Origin: a virus
Taxonomy: Duplodnaviria > Caudoviricetes
IMG/VR virus record: IMGVR_UViG_3300036791_000154
Coordinates: 1 to 52,616 of that record
Length of the DNA stretch: 52,616 nt
Direction: 5' to 3' (one strand)
The notes under the pieces were generated by a model, which did not search any database, was not told the origin of the DNA, and saw only the letters and a program-made list of their open reading frames with translations. Of this stretch, positions 30,535-40,511 are shown piece by piece; the stretch's first letter is position 1; every line of letters begins with the position of its first letter. The position numbers and the translations under genes were made by a program.

Positions 30535-30922
30535 CAATACCGACACTGTTTATTTTGTCAGGCCAAATCCGAATGAATGCCTCGCCAAAGTTTGGCTTAA
30601 CGCCAATCTCAACAATGCGTCCAAGATTAGTTCCACCGGATGTCATTGCAAGAGCCTGGCCTCTGATTTCGAGCATTCTTGGCCGCCATGGATCAAGTAG
30701 CAAGTCATCAATAACTATTGCTGCCCAGCCTGTATCCTTAACGTCATTAAATCGCTTAGTCTGTAGTACATGATGTCCACCAACGTCAATCGTTCCTAAT
30801 TCATAGTTGTAATTGAGCGTTGTTGGCACAACATGCGGGATGCCATCTAAACCAACTGTCGCGATGCGCCCAAGCAATTGGCTTTCAAGATAAGCGATTT
30901 GCTTATCAGTCAGCTTTGTCAT
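30527..30922 (-). CDS. PPOX-class (pyridoxamine 5'-phosphate oxidase family), probably F420-dependent, oxidoreductase
   Basis: YLESQLLGRIATVG.DG.PHVVP..IDVGGH...K.F..V...IVIDD...PWRPRMLEIRG matches actinobacterial PPOX-class split-barrel enzymes. Confidence 0.8.
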   Translation of the reverse strand: MTKLTDKQIAYLESQLLGRIATVGLDGIPHVVPTTLNYNYELGTIDVGGHHVLQTKRFNDVKDTGWAAIVIDDLLLDPWRPRMLEIRGQALAMTSGGTNLGRIVEIGVKPNFGEAFIRIWPDKINSVGIDE

Positions 30923-33900
30923 TCTGGATCAATCACCCACATTCTATTGACTTCTATCTTTCGCCCAAAGGTTTTATTGCGGTATCCGTCAACAACGAGC
31001 AAGTCATGATCTAGTCGAATACGCATCACCAAATCCTTTAAGTGAGGGAACTTCCAGCGATTAACACGCACGTTTATCTCATCTGTGTCGTCGTAACCAT
31101 GCATAACAACACTGCCTGATAAGTCTGGGCGCTTAATTGAATTGGGGTCTAAGTCTGTGCCATATCGTGATCGGTGCTCTTCAAAAATATCCTGCAAGTT
31201 TCGCGCGTGAATCCTGCCAACCCACACAACAGGTATTGAGTCATAACTCCAGATGACATTGCCATTCTCATCATAGAATTGAACGCCAATATCTAGCGGT
31301 AAATCCTCTGACTTATGCGAGGTAGCAGGCAACATTACCCCATAACTATCGATCAATTGGCCATTACGCAATAGTTGCCGAGTCTCATTCAACTTATCGC
31401 GCAATGCGCTAATACCAAACGGATCGACGCTCTTTCTATTGGTCCATGTTTTAACCACTTCTAGTTTCTTTGGGCCAATTCCTGGCAATCCACCGACATC
31501 ATCGATGCCCCAGTTTTCCCCACGTTCCCAAGCAACATCTCTATCGGCAACCATTAACAATGCTAGCGATTCGCCAATGCCTGGCATCTGTGCAAACCCT
31601 GGGAGAATACCATCACTATTGACTGCCCATGTCATTTGCGATAGCTCTAAATCTGCGCCAAGTATCGACACTGGCTTACCATTACCCCGCTTAACGCAGA
31701 ACTTTTGATCTTGCGCATCACGCATTATCGCTTGCCATTTGTCTTTGGGTAGCTTTCGCAATTGCGCCGCGTAGAATTCTCGTGGGTGATAGGTCTTGAA
31801 GTACATACTCCAATAGCCAAGCAAACTGTATGCAACAGCGTGTGCAAAGTTGAATGTATACTGTCCAGCAGTCATCATTCGCTTAAAGATAATCTCTGCC
31901 ATTTTCTCATTGATATCGACTGTTGCCGCGCCTTCTACAAACCTTTGCCGATATGCATTGAATGCTGCCTCACCATATTTCCATGAAACAATGCGCCTGA
32001 TTTGCGCAGTGACGATCCAATCGAATTGGCCAATCTCTCGGCATATCGAAAGTAGTTGTTCTTGGAAGATAATCTGGTATTTTGTTTGCTCGCAAATACG
32101 AGCCATTATAGGGTTGTATGTCCAGGCATTTCTTGGCTCGTCTCGATCCCAGTTTCCCCATTTAATGCTGATGTAATCGAGCGTTGTTCCTGAGTGATAT
32201 GGTCCAGGTCTTGATAATGCGTTGATATCGATAAGCTCAAGAAAGTTATCTGGTTTAAGCTGAGTGACAACGTTACGAGTAGTTCTGCCTTCATATTGGA
32301 ATATGCCTCTAACATCGCATCGACGAAATGCGTCAATAATTCGCTCGTCATTAGTTGGGAGTCTATAGAGTTCATCTAATGTCATGCCTCCAACTAGCTC
32401 CATGCAATTCTTCAACATCCCCAATGTTGTAAGGCCAAGAAAATCAATCTTCATCATGCCTAGGTATTCAGCATCGCGCTTATCGACAGACAGCACCGAT
32501 AGTTTGCGCTTTGGCCCACCAGCGACTCTAGACTTTAGTTCGCGGGTGTATAGCGCGACCGTATCCGTTAATGGTGCTTCGGATACAACTAAGCCAGCAC
32601 TATGGACGCCAAAGCCTTTGAGATTCCCCTCTAACGGTAAGGCTTTCTCTAACTCTGGATGCTTGTCCCAGATGGCTTTGGCCAAAGGGAATTGCTCGAC
32701 AGTGTCCATCAATGTCTTTGTTGCTCGCGAGTCTGCGTTAGTGCGATCAATGATGAATTCTTTAAATCGCTCGATATCTAATCTGGGCAATGAATGAACG
32801 CGCGCAACGTCATCAATCGCGTTGCGACCTTTCCATGCCGTATACGTGCCAATGTTGCCGACATGGTCGCGACCATATTTCCCCATCAAATACTGGCGAA
32901 TCTCATCTCGACGTTCATCATCAAAGTCAAGATCAATGTCCGGCAGGTCCATGCGATTAGGATCAATAAAGCGTTCAAAATACATCTGCGGATAGAGCAT
33001 GGGGTCGATTTCTGTAATGCGCAATAGATACACAACAAGGCTGGCAGCGGCACTACCGCGTGCTGGACCAACGAGTATGCCATTATTCTTAGCCCATCGG
33101 ACGACATCGGCCAACATTAGAATTGAATCGACGTAATCCTTTTCGATAATGACATCCATTTCTCGTTTTAATCGAGCAACATAATCATCGCTTGTTGTAT
33201 TGGGTGCTAAGTGCATTGTCATATCGCGATGTCGCCAACCATCACGCAACCATTCCCACATTAAATCAACAGCCGAGTTTACCCCAGTAGGCAAAGGGAA
33301 TCGCATGCGCTCTGTCTTGGGCAAGATCACATTGCAACGCTCGGCAATCTCTAACGTTGTGTCTAATGCAGCAACGCATTGCTCATGATTTAAGCCAGTC
33401 ACTTTCAATCGTCGTCCGATTTCTTGCCTGTCAAGCAATGTCATCGGTACGTCATAATCCCATTCGGCCTCTTGCTGGTCAACCGTTTTCTTACCCGCTG
33501 CTCCACCGCGCGCTATTGCGTGAATCAATGGATGCATCTCTTGATTATCGAGTCGCGGGTAATGCGCATCAAGCGTGACCACTAAAGGAATCCCCAGTGT
33601 TTCCGACACATTCGCAATCATCTGATTGAATTGCTGCGTCTTTGGTAGCTCTGGAAATGCCTGTACTTCGAGGTAATATCTGTCGCCGAATTTGTCACGC
33701 ATTGATTCTGCGATTGTTAGTGCTGTCTTGATTCCACCACCCACAGCGACATCTTTTCCACCAATCGACTTGCAGGCAATCGCTGAGCCGAGACAGCCAG
33801 ACAGCACGATTAGCCCATCATTATGGGTGAAAAGATTATCGCTAGTGGTAGTCGGATGATAATAAAAGTTTTCCCATGAGCGACTGACAAGCCGTAATAG

Positions 33901-34197
33901 ATTCTGGTATCCGCCCGCATTCATGGCCAATACCCCAAGATGATATTTGTGCTTGCTTGGCTCGTTGCGGGTGTATAACTCACAGCCATATATCGGCTTA
34001 AATTCAAAGCCTTCATCGCGTGCCGCTTGGGCAGCCTTTTCAAGTTTTACATGCGAACTAACATTGCCATGTTCCGTTAGCGCTAGAGCAGTTTGCCCCA
34101 ATTCTATCGCACGATTCACGAATTCTGCTGGCTGTCCAAAGCCATCGCCATACGAGTAAGTCGAGTGCGTGTGAAGCGAGACAAAGTCATTTCGCAT
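30919..34197 (-). CDS. dnaE: DNA polymerase III alpha subunit
   Basis: PHP motif HTHSTYS..DG; GPARGSAAASL, PDIDLDF, KIDFLGL and FN.AHA.AY motifs. Confidence 0.95.
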   Translation of the reverse strand: MRNDFVSLHTHSTYSYGDGFGQPAEFVNRAIELGQTALALTEHGNVSSHVKLEKAAQAARDEGFEFKPIYGCELYTRNEPSKHKYHLGVLAMNAGGYQNLLRLVSRSWENFYYHPTTTSDNLFTHNDGLIVLSGCLGSAIACKSIGGKDVAVGGGIKTALTIAESMRDKFGDRYYLEVQAFPELPKTQQFNQMIANVSETLGIPLVVTLDAHYPRLDNQEMHPLIHAIARGGAAGKKTVDQQEAEWDYDVPMTLLDRQEIGRRLKVTGLNHEQCVAALDTTLEIAERCNVILPKTERMRFPLPTGVNSAVDLMWEWLRDGWRHRDMTMHLAPNTTSDDYVARLKREMDVIIEKDYVDSILMLADVVRWAKNNGILVGPARGSAAASLVVYLLRITEIDPMLYPQMYFERFIDPNRMDLPDIDLDFDDERRDEIRQYLMGKYGRDHVGNIGTYTAWKGRNAIDDVARVHSLPRLDIERFKEFIIDRTNADSRATKTLMDTVEQFPLAKAIWDKHPELEKALPLEGNLKGFGVHSAGLVVSEAPLTDTVALYTRELKSRVAGGPKRKLSVLSVDKRDAEYLGMMKIDFLGLTTLGMLKNCMELVGGMTLDELYRLPTNDERIIDAFRRCDVRGIFQYEGRTTRNVVTQLKPDNFLELIDINALSRPGPYHSGTTLDYISIKWGNWDRDEPRNAWTYNPIMARICEQTKYQIIFQEQLLSICREIGQFDWIVTAQIRRIVSWKYGEAAFNAYRQRFVEGAATVDINEKMAEIIFKRMMTAGQYTFNFAHAVAYSLLGYWSMYFKTYHPREFYAAQLRKLPKDKWQAIMRDAQDQKFCVKRGNGKPVSILGADLELSQMTWAVNSDGILPGFAQMPGIGESLALLMVADRDVAWERGENWGIDDVGGLPGIGPKKLEVVKTWTNRKSVDPFGISALRDKLNETRQLLRNGQLIDSYGVMLPATSHKSEDLPLDIGVQFYDENGNVIWSYDSIPVVWVGRIHARNLQDIFEEHRSRYGTDLDPNSIKRPDLSGSVVMHGYDDTDEINVRVNRWKFPHLKDLVMRIRLDHDLLVVDGYRNKTFGRKIEVNRMWVIDPE

Positions 34198-34281
34198 GAT
34201 TCTTTCCTTTGATTCGCTATTGCCTTTGAGATGGGCTGACCAACTGGGGGTTTAGAGTCAGCCAGCCCATCGGCCATTTAG

Positions 34282-34509
34282 CTAAGCGTTCTCGCCTGGG
34301 ACTTCTGTCGCATCACTAAAGGTGAAAATGATGTCCAGGAAAATCTCTTCGCCATCTTCATCGAAAGTGCCAAGGTCATTGTCGTTAATAACCTCTTCGA
34401 TTGCCGAATTGACGTTGTTGGGGTTTAAGCCATTGCCTGGCTCTTTTGGGTTGCCCTCTTCATCCACTGTCTCGGCAACACCAGTAATCGTGAAGTTAAA
34501 CTTAGCCAT
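34282..34509 (-). CDS. Small highly acidic protein
   Basis: 75 aa with 18 D/E versus 2 K; GGGAGG RBS. Confidence 0.65.
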   Translation of the reverse strand: MAKFNFTITGVAETVDEEGNPKEPGNGLNPNNVNSAIEEVINDNDLGTFDEDGEEIFLDIIFTFSDATEVPGENA

Positions 34510-34536
34510 TGCGACTGCCTCCCGCTTTAAATGGTT

Positions 34537-34857
34537 TTAGAATGTCCTGCCTTCTGTGGGTGTTCCCTCGCCCCAATCCCTAGACATCACCTCCAGCCAA
34601 GGGAATTCAGCACCGCGCAATATTGGCATCATGTTGTAGTGAATTGCTGCTCGCATGCTTGGCACAAAGCCCACACGTTCGCGCATGTATTGCTTGGCAT
34701 TGTCGCCTAGTTGCTTATATGAGCCGTGGACGTAATCGAATAGCATTTCTTGCGTGACAACAACAAGCCTTGCCTGTAAGGCGAAAACGACTTGATTCAT
34801 GGGCGCGCTATCAGGCAGCAATGGCGGAATATCATTCGTAAACATTACTAGTCCCAC
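34537..34857 (-). CDS. Hypothetical protein
   Basis: ORF contiguous with the enzyme cluster. Confidence 0.55.
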   Translation of the reverse strand: MGLVMFTNDIPPLLPDSAPMNQVVFALQARLVVVTQEMLFDYVHGSYKQLGDNAKQYMRERVGFVPSMRAAIHYNMMPILRGAEFPWLEVMSRDWGEGTPTEGRTF

Positions 34858-35354
34858 GATTCATCAGAGTCCCAGCCAATCTTTTGCACTGCTTTGATGT
34901 TCATTCCGATGTGATCATTAAGGTCCCACATCGCCTCCTTGAATCGAGTTTTCCCATGTAAATAAGGGTTTGAGTGATCAAGCGTCACAAACTTGTACCA
35001 CGGTTCAACTCCGAAATGATCTTGGATGTCTTTGACATCGGCTTCTACATTCTGGGTATAGTAAGCCATGTGCGAGACTCCACCGCTTCTGATGTCATGC
35101 GGATAATGCACAATGGGTCGCCAGTATAGAAGCTCGTATTGGAAGCCAGGGATGATGTCGAAATTGAAAGCGAGCACGGCTGTTACATGCTCATCAGATT
35201 TGATTGGGCCAGTCTGAATACAGTAGTCAATTGCCCAGTTTTTAAAGCCAAACTTCATCCATTGCAATCGAGTGTTGCGCCATGTATCAAGTTCTGTATG
35301 CACAATCGATACCTGATTGAATGCCCCAGAATTGATTGTGTCAATGATGTTCAT
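34848..35354 (-). CDS. VOC/glyoxalase-superfamily protein
   Basis: QVSIV...YELL...VSHMAY..NVE pattern of vicinal-oxygen-chelate folds. Confidence 0.55.
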   Translation of the reverse strand: MNIIDTINSGAFNQVSIVHTELDTWRNTRLQWMKFGFKNWAIDYCIQTGPIKSDEHVTAVLAFNFDIIPGFQYELLYWRPIVHYPHDIRSGGVSHMAYYTQNVEADVKDIQDHFGVEPWYKFVTLDHSNPYLHGKTRFKEAMWDLNDHIGMNIKAVQKIGWDSDESWD

Positions 35355-36070
35355 TTACCGCACCTAACTTCGACAATGCTTCCAGTCATTGCTAATGGTG
35401 CATCGTAAAGCAACCATAGCGCGGTCTTTGCTACCTCATCCTTGTATGCCATGCGCCCCAAAGGATTGTTGTTGAAATCGGCTCTGATCTTCGATTGCTC
35501 CCACTCGCGTAGCTCGCCAATACGTATCAAATCCTCATCTGTCATTGGGGTATCGTCGATTACCGTTGGCCTAACGCCAGTAATAAACCAGTCTGGCGCT
35601 AGCTCGCGTGCAGCGACTTTTATTGACATCTCTAACGCTGCCTTGCTGGAGCAATAGGCTGCTGTTGTTCGCATTGGCGTTATTGCTGCCTCACTAGTAA
35701 TAACGCACATTCGCACGGCACCTTGCGAATTCATCAAGCCTTTAAGCACGTTGTAAAAGCCAAAGACATTGACGTTGTAAATCTCTTTCATTGCTTCCAC
35801 GTCTTGATTGCGAATAAACTCAAGCTCTTTGTATCCAGCGCAATAAAACACGTAGCCGAATGCGCCAAACCCCATGGCCATATGGTTTGTTAGAAACTTT
35901 TCGATGCTATCTGGATCGGTAACATCGAATGCCTCTGGTGGCGGCATCCAGACTTTTTGATAACGCGGATCATCGCCTAGAATTTGCCTGAATTCTTTCC
36001 CAACGCCATTTGTTGTACCGCCGATGATAAGCAGATTTCCCCATAATCTACTAGCTGTTTTCTGTGTCAT
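35351..36070 (-). CDS. Short-chain dehydrogenase/reductase (SDR)
   Basis: IIGGTTNGVG Rossmann motif, catalytic YCSSK, VRPTVIDDTPMT and MTGSIV. Confidence 0.85.
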   Translation of the reverse strand: MTQKTASRLWGNLLIIGGTTNGVGKEFRQILGDDPRYQKVWMPPPEAFDVTDPDSIEKFLTNHMAMGFGAFGYVFYCAGYKELEFIRNQDVEAMKEIYNVNVFGFYNVLKGLMNSQGAVRMCVITSEAAITPMRTTAAYCSSKAALEMSIKVAARELAPDWFITGVRPTVIDDTPMTDEDLIRIGELREWEQSKIRADFNNNPLGRMAYKDEVAKTALWLLYDAPLAMTGSIVEVRCGK

Positions 36071-36359
36071 CAGATACACCCAAGACCCTATCCATCGATG
36101 CGATTGTTAGAAAACAATGCCCCACTAAATCAAGGAGAATCTCCCTAGGCTGCTCACCCCGCAATTCTTGATCATCCCATATTGCTCGCTTTAGTTTGCC
36201 AACCTTGCGGTAGATATCGACAAAGGCACCCTTAGTTCCCAAGCGATTCGCGTCATCGCCATAATCGACATTCTTTTCGGCGAACCTTGCGCGCCATTCT
36301 GGCAACAGACATTCCACGATGTATTCAAAATCGCTATCGCCTAATTCTCTTTGCCTCAT
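36051..36359 (-). CDS. Nucleotide-modification-associated domain 1 (Nmad1/DUF1599-like) protein
   Basis: F.EKN.DYG...K..KL...E...E.L.DL.G pattern. Confidence 0.65.
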   Translation of the reverse strand: MRQRELGDSDFEYIVECLLPEWRARFAEKNVDYGDDANRLGTKGAFVDIYRKVGKLKRAIWDDQELRGEQPREILLDLVGHCFLTIASMDRVLGVSDDTENS

Positions 36360-36966
36360 CGATTAATCCCCTGATTGTCTCGCGAGCTTCCCATAAATCT
36401 TTAACAGATCGGTAGGAATCACTGGGCCTATCTCGATTGTGCAATCGCTCAATCAAGATTGGATAGAGTCCAACTCTTGTTGCTTGCGCGCACATTTCTG
36501 GTAAGTCATCGAGCACGCAAACGACATTCTCTGGGGCAACAATCTTAGCTAGTTGCCGATACTTGTAATCGCCATAAATCGCGTTGTTGTATTTGATATG
36601 GCGACGTTGCAGCCAATGTCTTGTATCTGGGTCCATCGTGTCTAATCGCAAGTATGGTCTGCTCGTGCATATCCAGATAGAAACACCCATGCTTGAAAGG
36701 GATTTCGCTAACTCTGGCGCACCCTCATACATGGGCATACTTCGCTTCATACCGCCAAGCCTATAAGCTAATTTTATCTTGCGATAGGTGTCTCGACTAA
36801 TGCCCAACGACGAATAAAACTGAAACTTACTGGCACCATTCGGCCAACCCAATTCAGGCGTCATTTCGACATCGCGGCCTAACCACAATGCAGCGAATTG
36901 CGTAAAATGGGTGTAGTGATCGCCCAATGTGCCATCAATATCGAGCGCCACTATTGGCGTAGTCAC
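36334..36966 (-). CDS. HAD-superfamily phosphatase / 5'-nucleotidase
   Basis: ALDIDGTL, CTSRP, K and LDD HAD motifs I-IV. Confidence 0.85.
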   Translation of the reverse strand: MTTPIVALDIDGTLGDHYTHFTQFAALWLGRDVEMTPELGWPNGASKFQFYSSLGISRDTYRKIKLAYRLGGMKRSMPMYEGAPELAKSLSSMGVSIWICTSRPYLRLDTMDPDTRHWLQRRHIKYNNAIYGDYKYRQLAKIVAPENVVCVLDDLPEMCAQATRVGLYPILIERLHNRDRPSDSYRSVKDLWEARETIRGLIDEAKRIRR

Positions 36967-37772
36967 AACACCCCAAGCGCCATCTCGAATGCGTCATGGG
37001 AAAGAATGCCCTTTTGCCATAAGCCATATCTTCCAGCACGCACAATGTACGGCCAGCAATCGCAATTCGTTCTAATCGGCTTAATGACTGGCATAACGCC
37101 GTGTGGCATGAATTGATTTATTGCAGCACCAGTCCACTCGGTATTCGCATGATCAAAGATAATCGATGTGCGATACCAGCCTGTCTGTCTTGGATGTGTG
37201 GCATCGAATAGATTGCCATTGCACAACACAACATGCCTTGTGCCGTAACGCTCTTTGTTGCGCTCGATATCCCCACCGTGCCAAGTGTTATCTATCCAGA
37301 CTTTAACGCTAGTGAACACATGGCGTTCGCGTTGATAACACAATGACTTTGCCGGTATCGTGGATATGATCGTGTCGTATTTCTCCATGGCATGTAACAG
37401 GTAATCTTGATCGATTACCTCGCTGATTATCATGGCTTGATACTTCTTCCAGAGCCTGTGGTAAGCCTCGCGAATAGACCATGCTTCATGAAAGCCCTGG
37501 AATAGTTCTGGACTTACCGCGATATCCTCATCGGCATCATCGCCATAGACTTTCGTCCTATAATCGTTGATGTTTCCCTGGAGGACATAGGAAAGCTTGA
37601 CCGATGAATTCAAGTCAAGCTCTGGGATAGTTCTATGCATGTATTGCGCGCCAAGCATTGATGACTTGCGTTTGTTGCTAATTATTGTGACACTGCACCC
37701 CACTAACTTTGCTGCGTGAGCAGCCAGCAATCCCGCTGGTCCACATCCAAGAATTGCAACCTTATTCGGCAT
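36963..37772 (-). CDS. FAD/NAD(P)-binding oxidoreductase
   Basis: ILGCGPAGLLAA dinucleotide-binding motif, ISTIP, and C-terminal GRYG.W. Confidence 0.8.
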   Translation of the reverse strand: MPNKVAILGCGPAGLLAAHAAKLVGCSVTIISNKRKSSMLGAQYMHRTIPELDLNSSVKLSYVLQGNINDYRTKVYGDDADEDIAVSPELFQGFHEAWSIREAYHRLWKKYQAMIISEVIDQDYLLHAMEKYDTIISTIPAKSLCYQRERHVFTSVKVWIDNTWHGGDIERNKERYGTRHVVLCNGNLFDATHPRQTGWYRTSIIFDHANTEWTGAAINQFMPHGVMPVIKPIRTNCDCWPYIVRAGRYGLWQKGILSHDAFEMALGVL

Positions 37773-37789
37773 CTGTTTAGCCTTAATTT

Positions 37790-38488
37790 CTAACGATGGT
37801 CGTGTGTGTCATACACTCTTTTCTGATGAAAGCGATCATGGAATGCTTTCAATAGAGATAACCCAGGATCATCCGATGATATTGGGGTTTTGATGTCTGG
37901 CAGCAAGTTATGGAATGTGTTCGCATGCCTGGCAAATTCGGTATCTAGCATTTCTCTTGCTGTTTGAAATACTGGCTTGCCATCAATGATGTAATCGAAT
38001 TTGCCGTCTGGCGAGGGTTGCGGACCATACGTCCATCTATCCGTATCAACCCTAGGCCACCAGTCGCAGATACCTGGATCATCATTGGCGAATAACCCAC
38101 CGTACCATTCGCGGTTACGACGTATCATCGCCGCGCGATTACTCTCATGAAATTTCTTATGGCCCCACCACCATGGAAACTTTAGTTGACTTGTCGGCAA
38201 CAGGGAATACCCCATGAGTTTAAGGGTTTTGTTGTACTCGACTGCTAGGGAATCAACGTCGTTATTAACCGCGCACCATTCCATATTAACCGAGTGCGCA
38301 ATACACGCGAGTAAGTCATCACTAGTAATCCACATTGTGACTCCTGGATGCCATTGCCAGCCTTTCGCTTTGCCGCCAATGGTCTCCAGAATAGTCATCG
38401 CGTTATTGCGCTGAATGGTTAGATCATCCTCGCTCAAACACGTTGTGTTGAGCTTGATATCGTCGTATGGGGTAAAGATTCGCATCAT
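37790..38488 (-). CDS. Pyrimidine-dimer DNA glycosylase-like protein (MSMEG_6728-like)
   Basis: M..F.PY.D.....L....L..QR...GW..HP.V.MW and PWW.G...H.S motifs; start overlaps the upstream stop (TAATG). Confidence 0.6.
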   Translation of the reverse strand: MMRIFTPYDDIKLNTTCLSEDDLTIQRNNAMTILETIGGKAKGWQWHPGVTMWITSDDLLACIAHSVNMEWCAVNNDVDSLAVEYNKTLKLMGYSLLPTSQLKFPWWWGHKKFHESNRAAMIRRNREWYGGLFANDDPGICDWWPRVDTDRWTYGPQPSPDGKFDYIIDGKPVFQTAREMLDTEFARHANTFHNLLPDIKTPISSDDPGLSLLKAFHDRFHQKRVYDTHDHR

Positions 38489-39090
38489 TAGAACGGTGGG
38501 TCTCCACCAGTAACGTGCGAGTCGCCATCTGCCCAAGGATCGTCGCCACTATTCCACGCATCGTCGCCAAATACATCATCGCTGGATTCTGGTAACAGAG
38601 AATCCTCATACGCAGTAGCACTTTCGCTTGCGTCGATATCTTCTGTCGTTACCGTGCCAGGCAATGGCGCAAGATTCTTGATTCCCATACGCTCTTGCCC
38701 TTTGTACCTCTCAACTACGCTGTTGATTAGCAGATATGTTTTGCCAGGACGAGCCGATCCAATGCGTGTGACATTGCCCTTATCATCCGTATCAACTGCT
38801 GACTTTGCGCCAGTACCTAGCGCGGTAAACAATTCCTTCATTTTCCACGCTGTGCTTGCCTCATTGGTAATGTTGTGAAATGCCGGGCAACCGTTGTATT
38901 GCACAACAGATTCTTTCGTAGATTCAAGCACAAACAACACTTTGAGCATCGGCTTCCCAGTGCTCGACTTCACCCACCAGCCTTTCTTGAATAAAGCCTT
39001 ATACAAGCCGTTTGGCGGAATAGGTCCGTCGTATGCCTGGAATTGCCCGCTGTCTGGCGCGTTGGTTGTGTCGATGATGATTTTGACCAT
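38488..39090 (-). CDS. Probable single-stranded DNA-binding protein
   Basis: YDGP.PP.G.Y..KSSTGKPML OB-like N-terminus; acidic tail ending DPPF; follows the AAA ATPase. Confidence 0.6.
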   Translation of the reverse strand: MVKIIIDTTNAPDSGQFQAYDGPIPPNGLYKALFKKGWWVKSSTGKPMLKVLFVLESTKESVVQYNGCPAFHNITNEASTAWKMKELFTALGTGAKSAVDTDDKGNVTRIGSARPGKTYLLINSVVERYKGQERMGIKNLAPLPGTVTTEDIDASESATAYEDSLLPESSDDVFGDDAWNSGDDPWADGDSHVTGGDPPF

Positions 39091-39093
39091 TGC

Positions 39094-40056
39094 TTAAAAC
39101 TCCTCTGGATCGTTGTTGGTTTGTGCTTGTGCTTGTGCAGCAGCGGGTATCTCTCGTGGCGCGACTACCTCCGCATCATGGACGTCTGTTGCCGTTTGGG
39201 TTGCCGTCGGCGCTGGAGTTTCCTCTTGTTTCACTGGGGATTCTGCGCCTGCTGGCTGTTCGTGGATGACAATCGGCGTTGCGACTGCCTTATTTTTGTT
39301 GATCAACTCTTCTATCTGTGGGATTGTCGGATTGTCCAGAAATGGGCCTTGGCCTGGCGTCTTTAGAACGTCGTAACGATCCTTTGCACGGTATGGCCCC
39401 ATGGTCTGGAAATAGACGCGACGAATTGTTATCGCCTTATCGTCTTTATCCTTGATCGTTCGCTTGACGCCGTGACCAACAACATGCATATATCCCATAG
39501 CCTGCTGGGCTAATCCTCCCTGCTTGCCATCGATTGCAGGCAAGAAATATGGGTTGCCGTTAGCATCATCTAAGCGATAAGGCAATGCCGTATACAAGCA
39601 ATTGATGCTTAGATCATTGAATCGGCGCAGCATGTTTAGCGTTTGATTCTGCACCTTGAGATGATCTTGAATCTGTGGGACATCTGGATCGCGACTTTCG
39701 TCTTTGAAATGTGCGATTGCTAGCGCGGTATTCATCGAAAGCTTTTGCATCTCAGTGATGCTATCGAGAATGCACCATTGATATTCGCGTTGACCGCCAT
39801 TATTCAAAAAGGCGAATCCCTCTTGTAAATCACGCCAATTCTGAATCGGCCAAACATCGGCGGTACTCCCCATGCGCGAAGCAGAAATGGTCCCACGCTC
39901 TGTCGCTAAGAACAAAGCCTTGGGACCATTCTGCTTACGCTGGTCGGCAGTACCCGCGAGCACAGTCTTACCCCAACCTGATTCAGCGATGATCATCATA
40001 TTGATTGATTCATCCCATGATTCAAGACTGATGATTGCTTCTGGAAGATCGACCAT
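39094..40056 (-). CDS. AAA ATPase (Sak4-like recombinase)
   Basis: Walker A AESGWGKT, LDSITE and AKDR motifs; adjacent to the nuclease and SSB genes. Confidence 0.8.
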   Translation of the reverse strand: MVDLPEAIISLESWDESINMMIIAESGWGKTVLAGTADQRKQNGPKALFLATERGTISASRMGSTADVWPIQNWRDLQEGFAFLNNGGQREYQWCILDSITEMQKLSMNTALAIAHFKDESRDPDVPQIQDHLKVQNQTLNMLRRFNDLSINCLYTALPYRLDDANGNPYFLPAIDGKQGGLAQQAMGYMHVVGHGVKRTIKDKDDKAITIRRVYFQTMGPYRAKDRYDVLKTPGQGPFLDNPTIPQIEELINKNKAVATPIVIHEQPAGAESPVKQEETPAPTATQTATDVHDAEVVAPREIPAAAQAQAQTNNDPEEF

Positions 40057-40093
40057 TGCTAGAGTTTCTCCTTATTTCGCTGGGGATTTAAGC

Positions 40094-40300
40094 TTACGCC
40101 GATCGCTGATCTTCATCAATTCTGCGAGAATCGCCAGAAATGATTTCGATTAGCTTGCTTTCGATTTCCTCAATGCGATCACTGATGTAATCGAAATCAA
40201 CCTTAGTAAGCTGACGCCTGCCGTAATCGTGAGCAACTCGCTTTTTGAATTGCCCAAGATCACGCAAGCCCTGAGTAGTCGCTGACAACATGACTTTCAC
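40094..40300 (-). CDS. Hypothetical protein
   Basis: ORF with GGAGG RBS. Confidence 0.5.
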   Translation of the reverse strand: MKVMLSATTQGLRDLGQFKKRVAHDYGRRQLTKVDFDYISDRIEEIESKLIEIISGDSRRIDEDQRSA

Positions 40301-40511
40301 CTCCCTCCAATAGATTCATTTGATAGACCTTTTCATTAAGCGCTGGGTCTCTGAGCTTCCTTGCTATGATGCGTAATTGTTTCAAACGTCTAGGCCACTC
40401 TGGGTGATTCCACTCGTGATACTTGCTGCCATAGCCCAATGCTTTAGCCTCTTTGTAAATCAGCATTCGCACCATTGCATATTGGCCGTTAGTCAATTCA
40501 AACTGATTCAC
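40260..40511 (-). CDS. Hypothetical protein
   Basis: ORF whose start overlaps the upstream stop. Confidence 0.5.
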   Translation of the reverse strand: MNQFELTNGQYAMVRMLIYKEAKALGYGSKYHEWNHPEWPRRLKQLRIIARKLRDPALNEKVYQMNLLEGGESHVVSDYSGLA

